Source: Narcine bancroftii (lineage: Eukaryota). Taken from it: DNA of 64,000 bases. The stretch spans positions 183,582,001 through 183,646,000 of the forward strand of contig NC_091471.1 of assembly GCF_036971445.1 (NCBI RefSeq), in the 5' to 3' direction. A program made the translations under genes and the position numbers. Below the pieces are notes generated by a model. It was not told the origin of the DNA. It saw only the letters and a program-made list of their open reading frames with translations, and made no database searches. Positions 35,400-49,575 of this stretch are shown here, piece after piece. Position 1 is the stretch's first letter. Every line of letters starts with the position of its first letter.

Positions 35400-36850
35400 G
35401 GACAAGTCCAATTTATTGTCACCTGATTGTACAAGTACATCCCAATGAAGCAGCATTCTTTGGTCCTTGGTGTGAAACATGCAGATTCACAACCAGACAA
35501 ATAATACATATGCAGGACAAGTACTTCATCTATACAAATAAATGTTAGACTATTGTTTTGTACAAATTAGAGTCTTGGATGGTGAGTGGAAACAGTTCCT
35601 TTGGTCGTTCAGCACTCTCACTGCCCATGGGAAGAAGCCGTTCCTCAGCCTGGTGGTGCTGGCTCTGATATTCATGTATCTCTTTCCCAACGCGAGCAGC
35701 TGAAAGGTGTGCACAGGGTGGAATAGGTCCTCAGTGATTTTGCTTGCCCTCTTCAGACAACGATCCTGGTAGATCACATTAGTGGGATGGAGGGAGGCAC
35801 CAGTGATCCTCTCTGCCACTCCTATGGTCCTGTGGATTGACCCCTGATTCATTTCTTTGCAGCACTGATACCACACTGTGATGCAGCAGGCCAGGACACT
35901 CTTGATAGAGTTCCTACAGAAGATTCAGTGGCTGGTAGCCTTGCTGGCTTCAGTCTTCTCAGGAAGTACAGTCACAGTTGCACCTTGCTGACAAGGAGGA
36001 AATGCTGAGTGTTCACAATAGGTCACTAGTTAAGAGAACGCCAAGAAACTTGGTGCTCTCCACTCTCTCTACTACAGAGTTGTTGATATGTAGTGGAGAA
36101 TAATCATTCCTGGTCCTTCTGAAGTCTATGATCATCTCCTTCGTCTTGTCCACATTGAGACTCAGGTTGTTACTCTCACCATTTCATGAGATTTTCCACA
36201 TCTTCTCTATAGTGTGACTCAACATTGTTTCTAATGAGGCTAACGACTATTGTTGAGTCATCTGCCAATGTCATGACATGGTTGGAGATGGATCAGGTGA
36301 TGCAGTCATGTTCAGCAGTGTGAACAGGAGCGGGCTGACCACACAGCCCTGAGGTGCACTAGTACTCAGCATAACAGTGCTGGATATTCTGCTACTGACT
36401 CAGACAGACTATGGTCTTTCCATTAGGAAGTCCAGAAGCCAGTTATAGAGAGAAGTATTGGAGACAGCTTCTCCACCAGCCTCTGTGGAATGATCGAATT
36501 AAATGCCAAGCTGAAGTTGATGAACAGCAATCTGGCATACGAGGCATCATTCCCCAGGTGGGCTAGGTTGAAGTGAAGCGACAAGGCTATAGTATTGTCT
36601 GTGGAACAGTTTCTTCTATCGGTGAATGGAAATGGATCCAGCATCTCTAGGAGGTTTGTTTTGATATGTTCCATCACCAGATGCTCGAAGCATTTCATAA
36701 TGGTCAGTGCCACAGGGAGGTAGACATTGAGGCCTGTTGTTGTCACCCTCTTGGGACAATAGTGGCTGTCAAGAACCCTGTGGGAATGATGGACTGCTGC
36801 AGTGAGGTGTTGAAGATGTCCGTGAAGACCTCTGTCAATTGGTTAGTGTA
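35400..36850 (-). mobile_element. Rex1/Babar-type LINE fragment
   Basis: PVALTIMKCFEHLV, YARLLFINFSLAFNSIIP and IRASTTRLRNGFFPWAVR. Confidence 0.8.
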
Positions 36851-37749
36851 ATTAGTATACTCATTAAAAAAGAAACAATAGTTTTTTTTTAATGGATCGA
36901 TAATATGTCTTCACAGTTATGCCAGTTCAAGAAAAAAAAAGTGATAGCAATGGTGTCGACAGCCCTATTGTGGTGTCAGAGCAGTCCCTGATTAATATAA
37001 CAAGGAGGTATAAGATCCTGATGGCTGTTGGAAAGAAACTGCTCTTGAAACTAGAGGTGGTGGTCTTCAACCTTCTGTAACTTTATATTATATATGAAAT
37101 ATTTCTATCTCTAACATAAGCAAAATCAAATATCACATCTGCAAGGGAAAATATCAAAAACATAGACATTCTTGGCTTTTTTGATGGCAATGACTGGAAT
37201 TCAAGACTTTAGTAGCAATTGCCTTCCAAAATAATGGCTTCAGATTCATGCTTTCTCACACATTTTTTCATTTTTGCTGCACCATAAGAGGTATCCACAT
37301 TAAAGCAGCTCTCCACAGAGAGTTTACCATGAGAGTGAGGTACTCCAGCTCAACCCACACACAATGTCCGGGTCAGCAATTACAGTGGAGCATTGAATGA
37401 GAGAGATTTCCTGCTCATAATGAAGCTCCTCTGAGAAAGGGTGCAGAGAATCTCAGGAAGGAGGGAACAGAGAAAGGAGAAAGCTCTCTCAGACTACAAC
37501 CTCTACCCATAACAGCAAGGAAGGGAAATTGTTTTCCATGCTTTTCAGGAGCTCTAGGCACCCAGCACACATTCTGCCGTAATACCACTCAGTGCAACCT
37601 TTCAACTCCAACCTTCAGGGCACTAGCACATCACCATAAGTCAAATGTTACACTTGCTTAATTTTAATGTGTTCCCGACATCTCTACTAGTGTAGCAGGG
37701 GGATTTTTTTTTCCATTCTAAATAGATGAATTCCTCTTCTGCAATCTGA

Positions 37750-38195
37750 GAAGACATTGGAGTAGAAATAGGCTGTTCAGCCCATCAAGTCTTCCCTGCC
37801 ATTTAATCATAAGATTATTAAATTTTCCCACTCAGCCCCACTGCCCAGCCTTTACCCCTTGGCTAATCAAGAACCTATCAATCTCTCCCTTAAATATACC
37901 CCATGACTAGGCATCTACAACTGCCTGTGGCAATAAATTCCACAGATTCATCATCCTCTGGCTAAAGAAATTCCTCTGCATCTCTATCCTAAGCAGACAG
38001 TCTTCAATTCTGAAGTCGTGCCCTTTTGTCCTAGACTCCCCACCATGGAGAGTCTATTCTGTCCATGAGACCCCCCCCCCCCCACTTATTCTACTAAATT
38101 CCAACGAGTACAGACCAAGAGCTATCAAACATTCCTCAGGTGATAATCCTTTCATTCCCAGAATTATGCTTGTGAACCTCCTCTGAACTCTCTCA
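37750..38195 (-). mobile_element. CR1 3' fragment
   Basis: Antisense CR1 3' UTR (ggagtagaaataggctgttcagcccatc...). Similar to 60810-60980. Confidence 0.7.
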
Positions 38196-38252
38196 CGTCA
38201 TGTGTAATGTGGTGTCCGATGAGTTGATCTTTGTGCTTGGCAACGACATTAG

Positions 38253-38576
<324 letters not shown>

Positions 38577-38699
38577 TAGGGATCGCAATTGAGCTCCATC
38601 AGACTCATTTATTGCATTTTGTTCTGTGCTTGGACTTAATAGGCTAAGATAAATACTGTGACAGGATAGTGAAAAATACATGATGCTATCTATCATAGC

Positions 38700-38880
38700 C
38701 CAAATCCGGTGCTGTCTGTATGGAGTTTTTACATTCTTCCCATGTCTGCTTGGGTTTTCCCGGGTGCTCCAGTTCCCTCCCACTTTCCAAAAACATATGA
38801 GGTAGTCGGTTAATTTGGGTCTAATTAGGCAACGCGTGTTTAAATGGCCAGAATCTGGTTCTACAGTGCTCTAAATAACA
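38700..38880 (+). mobile_element. V-SINE
   Basis: V-domain core catgtctgcttgggttttcccgggtgctccagttccctcccac. Confidence 0.75.
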
Positions 38881-40089
38881 TTTTAAAATTTAAGAACATT
38901 TCTGAGGAGCTTTCAATTCTGCTCTCTCTGTCTTTGGCCTTTTTCCAATAAAGCTTACTATAATCACAAGCACAGCACCTCTTTACACTGGTTGCAACCT
39001 GTTGGATTGGAGAGTGATTTAACAATTTCAGATCATCAGGATTTCATCATTGAATCCAGAAGGCTGCAATATGCCTGATCAGGTGTTGTTCATTGACATT
39101 ATACGAGCTTTATTGGAACTATTTAGGAAACCAAATAAGGCAAGAGCAGAATGGGAATGGAATAGAAAACTAGACAAAAATGTTCTTTAGAACAATTATC
39201 CAATGTGCATATTTTCCTCTGACTCCTTACTGAGGTACTTACTACCAAAAGAAACAGCATTTTAGGAATGCACAGGCCAGGATATCATCTGCTCTACTCA
39301 ATTGGCTCAGCCGATGATGCATCAACAATTGGTAGAATTGGTAGAACTACTGTGTCTCTAAAAGGGCAGAATGCAGGATGAGGAAGGACAGTTAACTTGT
39401 TGATAGTCTACACTCTTGGTCCATGTTTGAGGAGCACAGATTTCATGCTTCCTCGGGGCCGCTGTAGAAAGTGAGAGCGTGAGCAATTCATTAGGTAGTC
39501 CTGCCATTTTCACGTCTGACTGAAAATATCCACTTTTTCCCCAGCTTGAGACACAGCAGCTTCATTGGCCCTGAAGAATTTCAGTCGTAGCATAACTTAA
39601 TTTTATCTGAAAAGAGTATCTTTCAATTAATCAGTTACAGTCTCATTATGATATCGATCAGCCTTAAAGGTTAGTTCAAACAGAAGTCAGAAATGAGCCA
39701 TTTTGTGGTGCTAAAGTTCCAATTAGGAACCAGATCAAAGCTGTACAGCAGTAACTCATTATAAAATCACATTTAGCAGAATTTAATAGATAAGACATTT
39801 GAATCACGCAATGTGCCAGGGGAAGTTGAGGGTCTACTCTTTGCATGCAGCTCCAATGAAAATCATCATACATTCCCATTGAGAACTACTGCAGCTGCAA
39901 TCTACAGTCACAGATACCAATACATAGGAAACAGTATTTGCAATGATGGTTAAAAAAAAATCTATCAAACTTCTGAAATGGCAAATTCCAGACTGCAGAC
40001 GATCCAGGTAGTCAGTGCACAATCCCTTTAAGAAAGATCCAACCATGCAGATGCGGGTGGTGGGGGGGGGTGGGTGTGGTTTTACAGCT

Positions 40090-40980
40090 AAAACTAAAAT
40101 GCCAAGCCCTGAGGTCCCTACCATCTTACTGACTAATAAAGTCTTTAGAAAATAAAATGGATGAACTGAAAACCAGACTACAGAAGGACATGAGGGATTG
40201 CTGTGTGATGAGCTTCACTGGGACGTAGCTGAACGAGGGCTTTCAGGTCTCAGCGCTACAGCCCAATGTCAGGTAGAGGTAGATTTTTTGTGGTTATGTC
40301 TCAGTTTTGCTGCCCAAACCTGGAATATCTGACGTTCAAGTGTTATATATTCTATCAACCAAGGAAGTTCATCCCCATCATCCTAGTTGCAGTGACCATT
40401 GCACCCCAGGCTAACATAAGGCTGGCACTGGAGGGGCGGAGTACTGTAATCAGCAGCCATGAGACAGCACACCCTGATGCCTTCCTGAACATTGTAGGAA
40501 TTCAACTAGGCCAGATTGAAGAAGGCTCTGACAAACTACCATAAACATATTACCTGTGCAACCAAAGCTGCCAACATACTTCACCACTGCTACACTACCA
40601 TCAAGAATGCCTACCATGCCATCCCATGGCCGAACTTTGGCAAGCCTAATAACCTGGCTATACTTCTGCTCCGGGCCTATAAGCAGAGACTAGGGACTAC
40701 TGGGGAAAGTATGGTCGAGGGAGGTGGAGGAACGTCTACAGGTCTGCTTTGAATTGGTGGACTGGACCATATTCAAGTACTAATCTTCAAACTTGAATGG
40801 TTGTAACTGACTTCATCAGGACTTGCTTGGATGATTATGTGCTCATGCGCACTTAGTATGAGTACCCCAACCAGAAGCTGTGGATAAACCAAAGGATTTG
40901 CAACCTGCGGAGGGTGAGGTCGATGGTGTTTAACACCAGTGCAGATCTCCACAGAAAGTGCAGGTATGACCTACAGATAA
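40090..40980 (+). mobile_element. Rex1/Babar-type LINE endonuclease-region fragment
   Basis: Decayed PTILL..SLENKMDEL, FCCPNLEYLTFKC..PRKF and ILHHCYTTIKNAYHAIP. Confidence 0.7.
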
Positions 40981-42085
40981 TTTCCTCATAAGGCTAAAGA
41001 ATATTGCTGTGAAATGCAAGTGCAAAGAAATAGAGGAGAGAATAGTCGACCAACTAATTTGGGGACGTGTTTATCCTGAAGTGCAGAGAGCTCTCCTAGG
41101 AAAAGATAGCTTGAAACTGGCAGATGCCGTAGACACAGCTAGGACCTTTGAGGCCACTAAGAGGCAGATGCAATCCCTTTCCGTGCAGGTCAACACGCAG
41201 CACAGTGTTAGAAGCATTGATGCCATAGGAGGTGTGGCAGACTACACCCCTTCAATCACCACATGAAATGCCCCACGTATGGTTTGAAGTACAAGACCTG
41301 TGGGAAGATCCGTCACTGGGAAAAGATATGTAGATTTGGGATGAAAAGAGAGAGAAAACAAGAATACAGAAGGAAAGTACACCACATCGAGGGAAGCAGC
41401 AGCAGTGACTCTGACACTGATGGTCGATATCCAAACACTACTCCTCCATGAGACATCCAAGAAAGGGAAGGGAGGAAAAGGTGAATTACACACCATGATC
41501 CAAGTGAAAAGAAACAATGGAAACATACTGACAATATTCAACTTGAAATTAAAGTTGGACTCCAGATCAAAAAGCAACTTCCTCCTGCTCAGACTATACC
41601 ATCAGATATTCCCTGAGAACATGGTGAATGGGTACCTGGAGGAAGGCACACTAGAAGCTGTAAATGTCATGCTCACAACCTAAGGAGGCCCCATGATTAA
41701 ACAACTAGGAAAAGTCCAAAAAAAAGGCAGACATAAAGGAAAGAGCATCATATGCACATTCTTCGTGATTGATGCCAATGGACCAGCAATCCTAGGCCTG
41801 AATAGTTGTCAGGGATTACAGTTAATCTCTGTAAACAATGAGATCAGGGAGAAGAAAATGTCCAAGATGATCAATAGTGACATCCCGCTTGAGCAACGAC
41901 CTCCGATCACAAATAAGGCCAGGTTCATGGACATGTACCCTAAATGTTTTGATGACACAGTTGGGTGCTTTGGAAATTTTGAATACCACATAACCATAAA
42001 CCCAGAATGCAACCAATAATCCATGCTTCACAGAAGGTGCCAATAAAGCTGAAACAAAGGCTAGAGCAGGAGCTCTGGGAATCAT
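40981..42085 (+). mobile_element. Gypsy-type LTR retrotransposon gag-protease remnant
   Basis: EERIVDQLIWG..VQRALL, CP..G..C(Y)..CGK..HW...C knuckle, KLDS (decayed protease), AILGLNSC and PIIHASQKVPIKLK. Confidence 0.7.
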
Positions 42086-42094
42086 TTCCTCCCT

Positions 42095-42114
42095 ACCTCC
42101 CTCCCTCCCTCCCT

Positions 42115-42160
<46 letters not shown>
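42095..42160. repeat. (CCCT)n/(CT)n microsatellite
   Basis: Direct read of the sequence. Confidence 0.9.
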
Positions 42161-42161
<1 letters not shown>

Positions 42162-42169
42162 CCCCCCCC

Positions 42170-42450
42170 TCCCTCCCCCTTTTTCTCTCTATCTCCTTTC
42201 ACAGAGCCAAAATCAGTTCTCACCTTTCCTCTCTCCTGTCTTCTTATAATATTATTTTCTCTGCTGGTCAGTACTCCCGCTCCCCCCCCCCCCCAACCCC
42301 CATTCTTTCCTTTTTCCTCATCCTTTCAATGCCTCCTTTTTTACTCCTGCCTTGAAGAAGGGCTCAGGGCTGAAACGTCAGTAATATATCTTTAACTCCT
42401 ACTGGCACTGTGAGACCGGCTGAGTGCCTTCAGCATCTCTGTTTTTACTT
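42170..42450 (+). mobile_element. Penelope-like pLTR with hammerhead motif
   Basis: CC-TTGAAGA-AGGGCTCAGGGCT-GAAACGTC at about 42350-42379. Confidence 0.65.
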
Positions 42451-44399
42451 ATCTTGATGACTGCCTAAACACTACAAAACTGTTCTGTGCTGAGTCAGCG
42501 ATTTAAAAAGGGATGCTCTTCACATGTCGAAGGCACGGTAAGCAAATCATTATATTGGCAGACACTTCCACCCCATGCACATTTTAGGGAAGGTTCAGTG
42601 CTCTATCAGAAATGGAATTGTGCCAAGTGCAGACTGGGGAATTACAGCAGGTGTTTTGCCACTTATGTGCATGTAATATGTAGGATTAAAGCTCAGCATG
42701 TTTCACAATGTGAACAGCACATTTTTGCACAGCTCAATGTGAAGTATATGATTTTCCATTCCTACATCAAAGAGGTTCCTGGAATTAAGGGTTTTTAATC
42801 TCAGAATGTGCATTCTACATAATATACTTTCTTATTCCTTGAAAATGCATTGATTATTATGTCTCTACATGTAAACAATGTCTTGGTCAGTCTATCAGTG
42901 AAGTAAACCTAATGAATTTCATGTTCCAAGCTTCCTTCAGTGTCACAACATCCTGTACATTGTGATGTCAAATCAAACTCAATGATGCCATCTGCAGAGC
43001 TACAACCTTGTGGAGCAATTCAAGGAAGCTGGGGGAATGATCCGAGGGTAGGGATGATCGCTAAAGTCAGGCATTTCTGCAATAGGGGGCACTGGAGTTA
43101 AATTGGAGGGTTGGGATTCCATACTCCTACAGATTCCCCCCTCCCCCTTCCTTGTCCTCAGCCCTCCATCTTCCTTGTTTGCCCTGCTTTATTCTCCCCA
43201 ATGGTTTCGGAGAACATCTAACCCAACAGTTATCAGTTGAATATGTCCAATCATATGGAAGTTAACCTTCACTGGGAAAACGTAATTCATAGAAGAACTT
43301 GATTAAGCTCCATACAATCCTCCACCCATCTCAGAATATTTTCACAACTGGTCATTATAGTTTTTAGGCATATCACAAGCCATACAAAATACTGAAACTT
43401 ATACATGAAACTTCCTTGGATCTGCTTTGGTTTGCCAGTGTGAATTCATGGGTATTCCAGCAGATGTTTGATATCTTCAAATATAATTTCCATGGTAGCA
43501 GCTCTAAAGAAGTCCACAGACTTGAACTAATTTTACTGATTTCCTTTTTGAACTAGAAAATGTCAGTAAAGGCATTTTTCACCTTAGCTCATTGGTATCA
43601 ATACTTTATGTTCCAAGTTCAGCAGACAATCATTCCTTAGAGCTGGAAAATTGGTAGGAACTCCATATCCGGATATAATCAGGTTTCCACTGCACTTCCA
43701 GATCCAAGGAGTTGCTGACCTTTATATTCCAGCATTTTAATTTTAGCTCTTTTAGCTCAGATTGTTAATTTTACAGAATGTTAAAAATCAAGGAACTTCA
43801 AGCTTGAGACACTAAGTAAAATTTAAGCTATAGTCAGATTAATCCTCTTAATCTTCCTGTGAAGGCCAAAACCATATTTGATACTGTAATACTTACTCTC
43901 TTTTCCAATAGAAGGAACCGGTGCAATTAATACTCTGCAACTGTGCTTTCTAATTTCAATGTTGTAATTTTTATTATCAGCATTTCTAATTTCCTTGGAA
44001 CATATGGATGTGACAGAAATTGCCAAAGCTGTTGTTCTAACAGAGGAGTTGCAATGATCTTAATATTTGTGCTTAGCTTTGTAAATAATTCCTAGATATA
44101 TGTCCAATGAAAACTACAGAAATGAATGTACAGATGAGTATGAGATAATTGGACTGATAAATTTGATATGTTAAACAGTTCTCAAAACTTCCAACAAACA
44201 ATCCCAAATAAATTCTCGAAGTTCACTGCCTTTATGACTTGAGTTGTTCTACTTCCAGTCTCTATGAAAAGTGAAGTTTCTCATTGTCAACATGTTGTTA
44301 TTGCTATGAATTTTCCTCCACTTCATATCACAAATGGTGGGATTGCTGGATCTCCCCGGGAGAGTGGGGAACAGAGACACAGAGCTGCTCCACAGGATC

Positions 44400-44995
44400 A
44401 TAATGTCGATACCTCCATACAGTCTGTTAAAGGAACTAATGGTATTTTTAATTGAAAATTCTACAACCTCGGAGTCTGTGTCCAAGTTGGTGGCATGTGA
44501 CGTCGAGGGGGTTGCAGACTCAGGGGGAGCAGCAGACTGATGCAGGGCACCAGAAAACACAGAGAGCACTCCCCGTTCAGAAGAAGAAGCAGAGGAGACA
44601 AACCTCCAGGACAGTGACCACGGCAACCTTGCAGTGATGGGTTCAGCGATTGAAGGACCCACACAGTCGAAGGGCTCAAGGAACTGAGATTCGAGGGCAA
44701 GAAGGGCTCCCAGAGGGCCTCAGGTGATGAAGGCTTCTTGACCATGTCAGAGGATTGGATATGGGTTGTCAAAAGATTGAAAAGGGCGATAGAAGCTGGG
44801 GAACAGTGGAAGCGAATCTACGGACATTCGGTGTCTATGAAGGGTCTCTCTTTTGCTTCTCTTTCTCTCTTGCTGTAAGGGGCACCAGGCAATACTAATG
44901 GCCACTCTTTGTCTGCAGGTAGCAGGTAATTTCATGCAATATTACATTTCTGTGTTATTACATGACAATAAAGGAATATTAAGTCTTGAATCTCT
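44400..44995 (+). mobile_element. Unclassified non-autonomous retroposon, longest copy
   Basis: Homologous to 6165-6520 and 55030-55330. Ends tacatgacaataaaggaat...cttgaatct. Confidence 0.65.
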
Positions 44996-45242
44996 ATTCC
45001 CCTTACTAGCAGGAAGGTTGGGAACATACTTAAAAGAAATTTGCTAACATGTTGGATTAATTTAACAAAATACCTTAGCAGTGAAGACTGCTAATGCTAT
45101 GATTTACATCAAGTTTGGATCAGATGAGCTGAGAGCCCTCCCCCATACGATGATCTGTTTAAATTAAGGATTTCCTCATTCATTCTCATTCCACTTACTA
45201 TTGCCGAACAGATTCTCAATTTCATATAAATATGATGGACAC

Positions 45243-47050
45243 TGGTGCACCATCAATAACTCAAAAGACTAGACTTACAGAACTTTAGGCTTTTGTTTAC
45301 AATAAACTTGAAGGTCATCCTGCACTATGACCCAGACTCTCTGGGGAGGGGTTATGGTGTTTGAAACTTTACACAGGGTCAAGGGGTAGGAACCACGGGT
45401 GAAGTCACAGAGTGGGGCAGAGCCAGATTACCACATTCACATCTTGTTTTTTTTTTATTCGGGTACCCGTCATATGTCCAGGGTGACTGCAGACTCAACA
45501 GTCCCTGGTCATGTCTTTGTCATCCCCAATGGAGAATGACAGATAATGGGATTTGATGAAGTGGAAAAACCTCATGGCACCAGGGCGTGCAGAGGACATT
45601 GAGAAGGATTTTGAGCCAGTTTATTTGGGTGTTGGCTCATGTCCTTCGGGACAGGGCATCTGGGGGCTCATTGAGCTTCCTTGGCCAATATAGTATATCA
45701 TAGTTATAGATGGAGAGTTCAATCCTCCACCTCAAAATTTTATCATTCTTTATCTTATCCTGCTGTTTATTGTTAAACATGAATACCTTGGCCTGTTGGT
45801 CCGTGTGCAGGGTAAAACATCTGCCGGCCAGGAATGCCTCGAGTGCTGCACCACCTCAAATATTGCCTGAGCCTCTTTCTCGATGGAGAAGTGCCGGATT
45901 GCAAGCCCCGGAGGGTAAGGGAGAAGAAGGCCACAGACTGACTGCCTGGTTCAGGATGGCAGCCAGGGCAAAATTGGACACATCGCTCTCAATCTAAAAA
46001 GGGGCAGATTCATCTATCACATACGCTGCAGCTTTAGCAATGTCGGGGGAAGGATGTGGGATAAGGCGGCGGGCTTTGTCCGCATAATTCGACACCTACT
46101 GGGCATAATAGAACCTTGGCACCTTTTTAGGAACTTGAGGTGGTGGGGAAGGGCAGCTCTAGCAGTGGGTGCATGTGGTTGGGTTTGGAGCCAATAATTA
46201 CATTCTCCACTACACAGCCAAGAATTGACAAGCAGATAGTGCGGAAAACACATTTATCCCTGTTGTAGGTGAGGGTTAGGCAGTTAGCTGTTGTGAGGAA
46301 TTTCTGGTGTCTGGTGTCATGATCTTGCAGGTCATGGCTGCAGATCATGATATTAACCAGGTAGGGGAAGGTGGCACACAGGTCATTTTGGTCCACCATC
46401 CAGTCCACCTCTCACTGGAAAATGGAGACGCCATTGGTAACACTGAAGGGGTCCCTGAGGAAATGGTAGAGGCAGCCACCTTCCTTGAAGGCGGTTTATT
46501 GGCGGTTCTCCAGATGGAGGAGGAGCTGGCGAGAGGTGGATTTCAGGTCGATTATGGAGAACACATGATACTGGGCAATTTGATTAACTATGTCCACAAT
46601 GCAAGGGAGTGGTTAATAATCTGGCCATAATCAATCACCATTCTGTATTTACCCCAACCTTGACCACCCTTGGGCTCACAACAGACTGGTACTGGGCTCT
46701 ATGATCCCCTCATTCAGGAGTCACCAGACCTCCACTTTAATAAACGTCCTGTCCTCTTCACTGTATCACCTGCTTTTTGTAGTGACTGTCTTACAGTAGG
46801 GGGTGAGGTAGGCAAACAGCGGTGGGGGTTTGATACGGAAAGTAGGGAGACCACATGTTGATTGGGCAAGTGGCTGCCCGATGAACTATGGGTTGCCAAC
46901 CGGGGGGAGGGGGAGTGGGGGGAAGGAGGGGACAATCATATTGCATTGTAACACTCTTGAGGTGCCACTGAAAGTCCAACCCCAGCAGCACTGACGCACA
47001 GAGCTCACTCGGTTAGCATCACGGCGATGTAACTGCCCGGTGAAGCAGTC
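45243..47050 (-). mobile_element. Gypsy LTR retrotransposon remnant (protease, RT, RNase H and probable 3' LTR ~45243-45433)
   Basis: TFPYLVNIMICSHD..DHD...KFLTTANCLTLTYNRDKCVF (RT, decayed YLDN), RNase H-like sequence ~45800-46020, LLGLDF. Confidence 0.75.
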
Positions 47051-47504
47051 AAGTTTAGTTGGTTAGTTGCATACTTTTTCTAGCTACATAAAAAAGGTTA
47101 AAAATACCTTATTATTACAGTCCAGGTTTTCCTTTAAATCTGCTGTAGCCAAGGGGGGTAGGGGTGGGGTTTCGGCCCCCAATAAGAATGGCTGATGTCG
47201 CCAAGTATAATGCAAGCTAGTGAGATTTTATATCATCTACTTTGTTCATTATATCAAACCATGGATTACGCAGGATTACTACAAAACAATTAATTTTTTT
47301 CTTACTCCTGCTTGCAGAATTTTTCAGAGCTCAACTAGTACACAGTGATAAAGAAGAAGAAATGAGCTGATTTGCAAAATACAATTTCAGCTTGGATTAC
47401 TTTTTCTTTCTCTGACCATAGTGTACAATGGGGTAATGAGATGCTTCAAAAGAAAATATGTACTTTCATTCAATTGGCTCTATTTGATTTTATTACACAA
47501 TTAG

Positions 47505-47725
47505 CCCAATGCTGTTAGAGGGCCAGTAACTTGGGTTCGAATCCTGCACTGTAGGAGTTTGTATGTTTTCAACATGTCTGTGTGGGTTTTCCCCAGGGGA
47601 TTCAGTTTCTTCCCACTGTTCAAAATGTACGGAGTGTAGGTCAATTGGGTGTAAGTATGCAGTATGGGCTCGTGGGCCGAAAAAGCCTGTTAAAGTGATG
47701 TATGTCTAAATTTAAAAACTAAATT
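47505..47725 (+). mobile_element. V-SINE
   Basis: B box ggttcgaatcc plus V-domain core. Confidence 0.75.
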
Positions 47726-48146
47726 GAAATTAAAAAATAATAGGTCTTCATTTATGGAAAAATAGGATAGTTATATGGATGGGAGGGGAATGGAGGGTTA
47801 TGGGCAAGGTGCAGGTAGGTAGGACTAGAGGAGAGTACTTGGTTCGATGCAGACTAGAAGGACCGAGATGGCCTATTTCCGTGCTGTTATTGTTATATGG
47901 TTATATGCTTATATTTTCATATTTCTTTCTGACATAGCAGAAAGCATTTCAGCCTATCGTCTATACTGGATCTCCTGCTAAGTCTGGCTTTAATATTTTA
48001 GAACCATCGAACACAGCAGTACAGAAACTGGCCCTTCAGCCCATCTAGTCTACTGAAGTATTTTTATGTCTAGTCCCATTACTTGGACTAGAGCCCTTCA
48101 TATGCCTCCCACCCATGTACCCATGCAAATGAGTCTTCAATGTTGT

Positions 48147-48580
48147 CGGTATCAGTGCTGCGCAATTGCTCAGCAAAAGGAGGTGTAAGGCATTCTTTCC
48201 GTCCGATAGCCTACAAGTCATCCTTGGGCAAGGATGATTTGTTTATCCTCCCAATCAGGGTCACATGAAGACATGGATTGCAGATGGTAGATGGTTTTTA
48301 CAAGTAGATTCTAAAAATTAGAATTATGGTTGTAAAACTAAAAACGCAGGGCAGATGTATCTGTGGATCAATGGACAGGGTTACTTGACACTGCAACTGA
48401 AGAAGGCAGTGGGAAACCACTTCAGTATTTTTCCCATGTATATTGACTACTGTCTCAGCTCAAAGATAGAGCCTTCACCAAAGGAGAACAGGGGAGGCAA
48501 CAACTACAATTCAGAGGGTCAGAGATCATGATGGATGTAGAGACATGATGGCTCACACCAAATGGCAAGGCACCTGAATG
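48147..48580 (+). mobile_element. RTE/BovB-related non-autonomous retroposon inserted in a CR1 fragment
   Basis: Motif gaagaaggcagtgggaaaccacttcagtatt, (GAAT)n tail and 8-bp TSD aatgttgt (48139-48146 and 48581-48588). Confidence 0.65.
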
Positions 48581-48818
48581 AATGTTGTAAATTAAACCTA
48601 CATCCATAACATCAGCTGGCAGCTCATTCCACATTCTGATCACCCTCTGAATGAAAACATTTCCCCTAATGTTTCTCTTAAACGTTTCTTACTTTGCCCA
48701 TGTCCTCCTGTTCTTGTCTCACCCAATGTCAGTGAAAAAAACCGCATCTATACACCTCATAATTTTGTATAGCTCCATCAAATCTCCCTTCATTCTTTGA
48801 TGGTCCAGAGAAAAAAAT

Positions 48819-49070
48819 CTGTGAGTGAAAAGAAAAAGTTTGAAAACCACTGTTTTAATCATACCTAATTGACTTGTTAAATTTGGACGCACGGTTTCAT
48901 GCCTCCAAAGGAAATGGGCTAATGGCAATTTTTCTCAAGCAAAATATTTCAGTAACAGTTGGGTCTAGAGCAGTGGTTCTCAACCTTCCTTTCCCACTCA
49001 TATACCACCTTAAGCAATCCCTCACCAATCGCAGAGCACTTATGCCATAGGGAATACTTAAGGTGGAATG
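48819..49070. mobile_element. hAT (Charlie-type) MITE ends arranged tail-spacer-head
   Basis: ...aaagtttgaaaaccactg (ends 48852) and gtctagag|cagtggttctcaacc (48971). Internal palindrome ccaccttaag...cttaaggtgg. Confidence 0.6.
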
Positions 49071-49575
49071 CAACTTTTAAAGAAAGCTTGCCCATCCCTG
49101 GCCTAAATTCTCCCACCATGGAAAACAATCTTTCTACTCTGTCAACATCTTTCAACATTTAAAATGTTTCAATGCTTGATAACTTTCCTGTAGTTGGATG
49201 ACCATAACTGCTCACAATATTCCAAATTTGGCCTCACCATTATCTTACACAACTTCACATAACATCCCAACTGCTGCATGCAATACTTTGATTTGTCTCT
49301 TTACCACCCCATCTACCTGTGACACCACTTTCAAGAAAATTTCACTCCACGTTCCCCTTAATTCCCCCATCTAATCTTCTATCTCTTACCTGCATCCTGA
49401 GAGCACTTTACAAAAGCCAATAAATGTTCTCTCCTGAATGTCTTTGAGAAGTGGGAGGAAATAGAAGGGTTTGGAGGAAATCTACACAATGCCAACTCCA
49501 CAGGTAGCAATAGAGATCAGCTTTTAAACCGAGTCGCTGGACAGGAAAATACAAACATACATACGATAATATAGA

